NCBI RefSeq assembly: GCF_001481685.1
Contig: NZ_CP006867.1
Coordinates: 570,001 to 602,000 of the forward strand
Length of the DNA: 32,000 nucleotides
Source: Ignicoccus islandicus DSM 13165
GTDB lineage: Archaea; Thermoproteota; Thermoprotei_A; Sulfolobales; Ignicoccaceae
Direction: 5' to 3'
Position 1 is the first letter of the stretch. Each line of letters begins with the position of its first letter. Positions 27,697 through 32,000 of this stretch are shown piece after piece. The position numbers and the translations under genes are program-made. The notes under the pieces are model-generated. The model worked only from the letters and a program-made list of their open reading frames with translations. It was not told where the DNA came from and did not search any database.

Positions 27697-28335
27697 CTAA
27701 GCGGGCGGTTGTGGGACCACAACTGCCTTGACCGGTCCTTCGGGGCTAGGCACGTAAAGTAACTTCGACTTATATATTTCAGTTCTTCTAATTGGATATA
27801 TCTTCCTTGCTCTTTGCGTTATCTCTTCTGCAAGGTCACCGAAAAGCATCATATTTATTAGCTCATCTAAGGTAACTGTTGGAACTATTTCCTCCACAAC
27901 CTCTTTTTGTATTTTCCTAATAGCTCTCTTTTGGCTTGTTTGACATCGATAGGCAGTGAACGTGTCGATTGTTAGCCTTAAGACGTATCCGTCTTTAGTA
28001 GTTACTTCAAAGATACCTTCTACTTTAGAACTCTTTCTCCTTGTAAGACTTCTAATGTAGTCTCTGGCAAGCTCGTGGCCTTTGAATCTAGTAAATACTT
28101 GTAAGTTTCTTTCATCTACGTCTATTGCTTGTAAGTATACGTGGATGTGAACATAGGTGAAGTCTCCCGTTATATCGTAAAGGGTTGTATCAACCACCCT
28201 CCCTATTATTTTCCAACTTTCGTCCGCAGGTGTTTGACCTACTATAACTTTATTGAAGACCTCCGGTGCGATGATGTTGTACCATTGTTTTATCCTCCAT
28301 TTATCTCTAACAGCTCCTCTCCTCCTCGATGACAA
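27697..28335 (-). CDS. rps3ae: 30S ribosomal protein S3Ae (eS1)
   Basis: DKWRIKQWYNIIAPEVFNKVIVGQTPADES...IGRVVDTTLYDITGDFTYVHI. Confidence 0.96.
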   Translation of the reverse strand: MSSRRRGAVRDKWRIKQWYNIIAPEVFNKVIVGQTPADESWKIIGRVVDTTLYDITGDFTYVHIHVYLQAIDVDERNLQVFTRFKGHELARDYIRSLTRRKSSKVEGIFEVTTKDGYVLRLTIDTFTAYRCQTSQKRAIRKIQKEVVEEIVPTVTLDELINMMLFGDLAEEITQRARKIYPIRRTEIYKSKLLYVPSPEGPVKAVVVPQPPA

Positions 28336-28345
28336 TCTTTATCCC

Positions 28346-28618
28346 CTACTCACTCGCTTGAAGCGACTTTTTAATTACTTCTTCTGTAAGTTTTAATTTC
28401 TCTAGAATGTCATCTACCGCCGTTCTAATCTTTAAGATATTGTTTGAAACGAATACGTACCGGAGAGTTGAGTTATCAACTGTAGAGCTATACTCTAGAT
28501 CTTTTACAGGTACGTCGTCCGGACGCAAAGCGTTGTAGTATATTTGAACATTAGATGAATGGATCCTTAGTATTACTTTATAAGGACAAGAATTCTTTGA
28601 ATTCCTTTGATCCGCCAA
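28346..28618 (-). CDS. pcc1: KEOPS complex subunit Pcc1
   Basis: Small ORF between S3Ae and the RecJ-like gene: NALRPDDVPVKDLEYSSTVDNSTLRYVFVSNNILKIRTAVDDILEKLKL. Confidence 0.8.
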   Translation of the reverse strand: MADQRNSKNSCPYKVILRIHSSNVQIYYNALRPDDVPVKDLEYSSTVDNSTLRYVFVSNNILKIRTAVDDILEKLKLTEEVIKKSLQASE

Positions 28619-29906
28619 CTTTACATAAACACCCTTTCGATATTTGCCATCCCTTATTTATTGCCTTTCTAATTACGTTAGTTATATCGAAACCTGCATA
28701 CCTAATAGAATCTATAGGAACGCAAATCTGGTCTCCATCAGAAAATCCTACTACATGAGATTTTTCTTGTATATAACCTAAATCGAGTATTATTCTGAAA
28801 GTAAGCGTAGGTGAGGGAGGTATCGAACTGAAGTGTAAGAGTGAGCCTTTTCTTCCCACATTATTAATTACCTTAAGCGATGAAAGGGCGATTGGAAGTT
28901 CGGTCGAATTAAATTTCAAAGTTGAGATATAAAGGTCTTCGGCTCGGTAATAATACTTACCCAACGTTACTAGGCTAACTACGTGATATAGTGATACGTC
29001 TAGAACTGTCAGAAACACTATGCTTCCTTGCTTGAACCCGTGTCTTAATATTAGGGGTAAATCACCTCTTTTGCTAGCGTCTTCTTTCAGATCGACACCT
29101 TCATAAAGTATCTCCTTTACATTTCTTTCCCTTTTACTGACATTCGATAAGTATTCTAACAAGACTTTTATTACTTGGGTAATCTTGTCCTCCTCACTTA
29201 GTATATCTAGAATGGTGGCGTCTGAAGGAACATCTATATTCTTTGATTTGAAATAGGACTCCACTTTCTGGGGGTTCGCACTAATTCCTAAGAAATATGG
29301 GATAGCAGTATAAGCAACTGAATAATGTATGGGAAGTTGTTTCCATTTATAGAATGAAAACGTAAATCCCTTTTCAACTATACCTGCCTCTTCGAGTTCA
29401 TCAATTAAAATTTCTTCCAATTCACCGATGTTGTTAAGTGAGGCATACGCTGCAACTAAACTGTAAACTTTGATATCATCTTTAACAACGAAAATTTCTT
29501 CAAGAACTTTGATAACTATGGAGCTAACTAGTCCATTTTTTAACCAGAAACTTACCCTGTTTTCGTCCTTAACTAGAGGTCCTTGTACTATTTCAATAAC
29601 CGGAATTTTCTTTGAAGGAAACCTCATCCCTATCGAAATTACTGGAACGTCCTCAGAAGTCTCTATGTATGGAAAAACGTTTACTGATGCCCGAATATCG
29701 TTATTTTCTAATATTTTTAGAACTTGTCCAGCTGCAATTAGTTCCTCGAAGGTAGGTAAAGTAAATATACGGACGTATCCGAAATCTCGGATGATCGAAA
29801 TAATCTCTCTAACTTTTTCAAAAGCTTGGCGTAGGTCGGGTTGTGATTCTAAGAAGCCTAGTAAGTTATTTCGAGGATTCGAAGAACGTTGAGTATTGTT
29901 GGACAA
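28578..29906 (-). CDS. RecJ-like/Cdc45-family protein lacking obvious DHH catalytic motifs; ORF open to 29957, possible TTG start at 29906
   Basis: Length, context (S15 - this gene - Pcc1 - S3Ae) and C-terminal [29 protein letters not shown] resemble RecJ-like proteins. No DHH/DHHP motif is visible. Confidence 0.55.
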   Translation of the reverse strand: MSNNTQRSSNPRNNLLGFLESQPDLRQAFEKVREIISIIRDFGYVRIFTLPTFEELIAAGQVLKILENNDIRASVNVFPYIETSEDVPVISIGMRFPSKKIPVIEIVQGPLVKDENRVSFWLKNGLVSSIVIKVLEEIFVVKDDIKVYSLVAAYASLNNIGELEEILIDELEEAGIVEKGFTFSFYKWKQLPIHYSVAYTAIPYFLGISANPQKVESYFKSKNIDVPSDATILDILSEEDKITQVIKVLLEYLSNVSKRERNVKEILYEGVDLKEDASKRGDLPLILRHGFKQGSIVFLTVLDVSLYHVVSLVTLGKYYYRAEDLYISTLKFNSTELPIALSSLKVINNVGRKGSLLHFSSIPPSPTLTFRIILDLGYIQEKSHVVGFSDGDQICVPIDSIRYAGFDITNVIRKAINKGWQISKGCLCKVGGSKEFKEFLSL

Positions 29907-30345
29907 GCAATCTCGCCCTCTCAGGGTCGTACTGCCAGTCTGGTGGTAGTTTACCAACCCTCTTATAATATTTTACTAACCTTCTTATTTTCGACTCTAT
30001 CTCTATGAGTCCACGTTGTGAGTGTTTGTCTTTCGGGTGTTCGGCCAAATGCGCTCTAACTCTAACTGCTCTCTTCATTAAATGGAAGAGGTCCTCCGGT
30101 ATTGGTGGTGCCACACCTTCCTCTTCCATTATTTGGACAAGTTTCTTTCCAACTATTGGTTTGACTAATGGAATAGCAAATTGGTCTCGTAGAATTATGC
30201 CTATCATCGATGGACCATATCCTTTGTGGGCTAGTTCAACTATCATCGTTCTAATTTCTTCTTTGCTGAATCTTACCCATCTAGGTGGCGTATTTCTAAC
30301 TGGTCTCTTAGAATGCGACTTTCCTTTTTCCTTCCTCTTGTTCAC
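29866..30345 (-). CDS. rps15: 30S ribosomal protein S15 (uS15); GTG start
   Basis: [42 protein letters not shown]...[23 protein letters not shown]. Confidence 0.96.
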   Translation of the reverse strand: MNKRKEKGKSHSKRPVRNTPPRWVRFSKEEIRTMIVELAHKGYGPSMIGIILRDQFAIPLVKPIVGKKLVQIMEEEGVAPPIPEDLFHLMKRAVRVRAHLAEHPKDKHSQRGLIEIESKIRRLVKYYKRVGKLPPDWQYDPERARLLVQQYSTFFESSK

Positions 30346-30435
30346 GTTAGCCTCCCAGTGGGGTACTTCTCAAGCTCGGTTTAAATAGATTTAAACAACA
30401 ATTCACATAGCTACGCGATAAATATAATAATTATT

Positions 30436-31656
30436 TTAACCCGAAACTTTGGCTGTATACTCCCTCACGACCTTGGAAAGCCTCTTTATGGCCTCCCTTA
30501 TTTCTTCAATGCTTGGATAGGAGAAGTTCAGCCGCATGGTATTTCGTCCACTTCCATCGATGTAGAAGGCCGAGCCAGGAACGTAAGCTACACCTTCACT
30601 CAGAGCCATTGGTAACATCTCTTTGGTATCTAGGTTTTCATCAAGGTAAACGAATACGAAGAGTCCGCCTACCGGTTTGGTCCACTTGGCAACGCCATCC
30701 ATATACTCTTCCAAGCTCTCTAACATAGCGTCCCTTTTAGCTCTATAGGCTTCTTTGACCTTAGGTATATGACTATCAACAACGCCCCGTTTCAAGGCCT
30801 CCGCTGCTATGAGTTGATTAAAAGTTGAAGTATGCAAGTCTGCATTTTGTTTGGCAGTTTCCAGTGCATCAATAATATCTGGATGTGCTGCTACCCATCC
30901 TAATCGCAAACCTGGAGCCAATATCTTACTCATAGTGCTTGTATAGATCACTCTGTACTTGTCCTTAGCTCTTAAACGTTCAAACCTTATATGATCTTCG
31001 AACATGAAATGGCTATATGGATCGTCCTCAATAATTAAGAAGTCATATTCTTCTGCCAGTTCTAGGAGCCATTCCCTTCTCTCATTACTCATACTTACTC
31101 CAGAGGGATTCTGTGCAGTTGGAATAGTGTATACAACCTTCGGTTTCTTACCCTCTCTTCTAAACTCCTTTAACTTCTCTTCAAGTTCCTCTATCTTCAT
31201 TCCATGTTCGTCTATTCCAACACCTTCGAATTTTGCGCCAACCGATTTGAAGACGTTAATTGCTGCCAGATAAGTAGGCTTTTCAACAATTACTATGTCA
31301 TTCGGATTTATCAGTATTTGCGAAAGTAAACTTAAAGCTTGTTGGCTACCAGAGGTTACTATTATATTATAAGGTCTCTCGCCTGGAATACCCGCTCTCT
31401 CCATAAATCTTACAAGTTCGTTTCTGAATTCCCTTACGCCTCTAGTAACGCTGTACTGTAAAGCCTTCCAACCGTATTCACGAATTACGTCACTCGAAAT
31501 CTGCGCGAGTTCCTCTACAGGGAAATACTTTGGATCAGGAAGGCCTCCAGCAAGACTAATAACGTTCTTTCCCTCGGTTAACTCCAAAATTTCCCTTATC
31601 TCCGAAGATTCCATAAGGTTTACTCTCTCAGCAATGAATGACTTTATATCTAGCAA
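30436..31656 (-). CDS. Class I/II PLP-dependent aminotransferase (LysN/AAA aminotransferase-like); TTG start
   Basis: VISLAGGLPDPKYFP, TSGSQQALSLLSQILINP, TIPTAQNPSGVSMS, YTSTMSKILAPGLRLGW (PLP lysine). Confidence 0.9.
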   Translation of the reverse strand: MLDIKSFIAERVNLMESSEIREILELTEGKNVISLAGGLPDPKYFPVEELAQISSDVIREYGWKALQYSVTRGVREFRNELVRFMERAGIPGERPYNIIVTSGSQQALSLLSQILINPNDIVIVEKPTYLAAINVFKSVGAKFEGVGIDEHGMKIEELEEKLKEFRREGKKPKVVYTIPTAQNPSGVSMSNERREWLLELAEEYDFLIIEDDPYSHFMFEDHIRFERLRAKDKYRVIYTSTMSKILAPGLRLGWVAAHPDIIDALETAKQNADLHTSTFNQLIAAEALKRGVVDSHIPKVKEAYRAKRDAMLESLEEYMDGVAKWTKPVGGLFVFVYLDENLDTKEMLPMALSEGVAYVPGSAFYIDGSGRNTMRLNFSYPSIEEIREAIKRLSKVVREYTAKVSG

Positions 31657-31692
31657 TAATTCCCACCCTCATCTAATCTCATTTCACTTGTG

Positions 31693-31706
31693 CAAAAACG
31701 TTTTTG
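31693..31706. promoter_or_regulatory. Perfect 14-bp palindrome, candidate operator
   Basis: CAAAAACGTTTTTG lies directly downstream (minus strand) of a TATA-like TTTTAAATA at 31715-31707, ahead of the aminotransferase start at 31656. Confidence 0.5.
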
Positions 31707-31715
31707 TATTTAAAA
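31707..31715 (-). promoter_or_regulatory. Putative TATA box of the aminotransferase gene
   Basis: Minus strand TTTTAAATA, about 50 nt before the start codon, 9 nt after the end of the upstream CDS. Confidence 0.55.
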
Positions 31716-31723
31716 GGTTACCC

Positions 31724-32000
31724 TTATATCGCCATTGAAACTAAGAGATTCTTTAGTTTAGGGAAATAATAGACGTTGTACGGATTGTAATGAATGTTGA
31801 GTTCTAAGTCTTTTATTGCTTCTTCAAATATAGCCCTATGCTTTTTAGGTAGCGTATAGATGAACTTCTCAAATTTATTCATTAAAATTCCCAATGCCTT
31901 CCTTAAGAGTCTTACGTATATTTCTATTTCATTTTCAGTAAGCTTCTCGGGAGGGTAATCGTAATGGGCTGCCGGATAATAGATGTCAAAGAACCTGGGA
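31724..32000 (-). CDS. C-terminal part of a CDS running off the right edge; function not determined
   Basis: Manual translation ending ...RFFDIYYPAAHYDYPPEKLTENEIEIYVRLLRKALGILMNKFEKFIYTLPKKHRAIFEEAIKDLELNIHYNPYNVYYFPKLKNLLVSMAI*. Absent from the ORF track. Confidence 0.6.
   Translation of the reverse strand, partial: PRFFDIYYPAAHYDYPPEKLTENEIEIYVRLLRKALGILMNKFEKFIYTLPKKHRAIFEEAIKDLELNIHYNPYNVYYFPKLKNLLVSMAI

Noticed and set aside
30005-30388. 127-aa plus-strand ORF antisense to rps15
   Set aside because: Shadow ORF of a ribosomal protein gene; composition reflects the complementary strand.
1-32000. Defence islands, mobile elements, tRNA or rRNA genes
   Set aside because: No transposase, integrase, toxin-antitoxin or restriction motifs seen, no terminal inverted repeats, and no tRNA-like TPsiC (GGTTCRAATCC) signature found by eye in the spacers.

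Overview
The window looks like a gene-dense archaeal chromosome segment, most likely Thermoproteota/Crenarchaeota. That assignment is inferred from gene content and order: L1-L11-Spt5-SecE-FtsY-prefoldin-L18Ae, S15-RecJ-like-Pcc1-S3Ae, archaeal-type PEP carboxylase, Nop5, and archaeosine-type TGT plus QueC. I found no CRISPR array, no tRNA or rRNA, no prophage and no IS element. Most of the window is housekeeping genes in overlapping operons. The most interesting signals are non-coding. (1) A strong box C/D sRNA candidate lies on the minus strand at 13971-14033; its terminal K-turn carries a paired C-box/D-box change (U-U to G-C). (2) A divergent palindromic TATA-like element sits next to it and faces a K-turn-containing, H/ACA-like hairpin on the plus strand (14083-14154). 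(3) A second, less canonical C/D-like candidate lies at 4833-4892; from memory, its D guide matches a conserved 23S stretch. (4) A perfect 14-bp palindrome lies between TATA and start of the aminotransferase gene. Protein-level oddities are a TGT that appears to lack two of four zinc ligands, an apparently DHH-less RecJ-like protein, an uncharacterised zinc-ribbon protein beside a nop5 that has no adjacent fibrillarin gene, a TrkA/MscS-like overlapping pair, and an ABC permease plus giant CARDB-like protein with no ATPase. Names rest on recognising sequence motifs by eye; no search was run.
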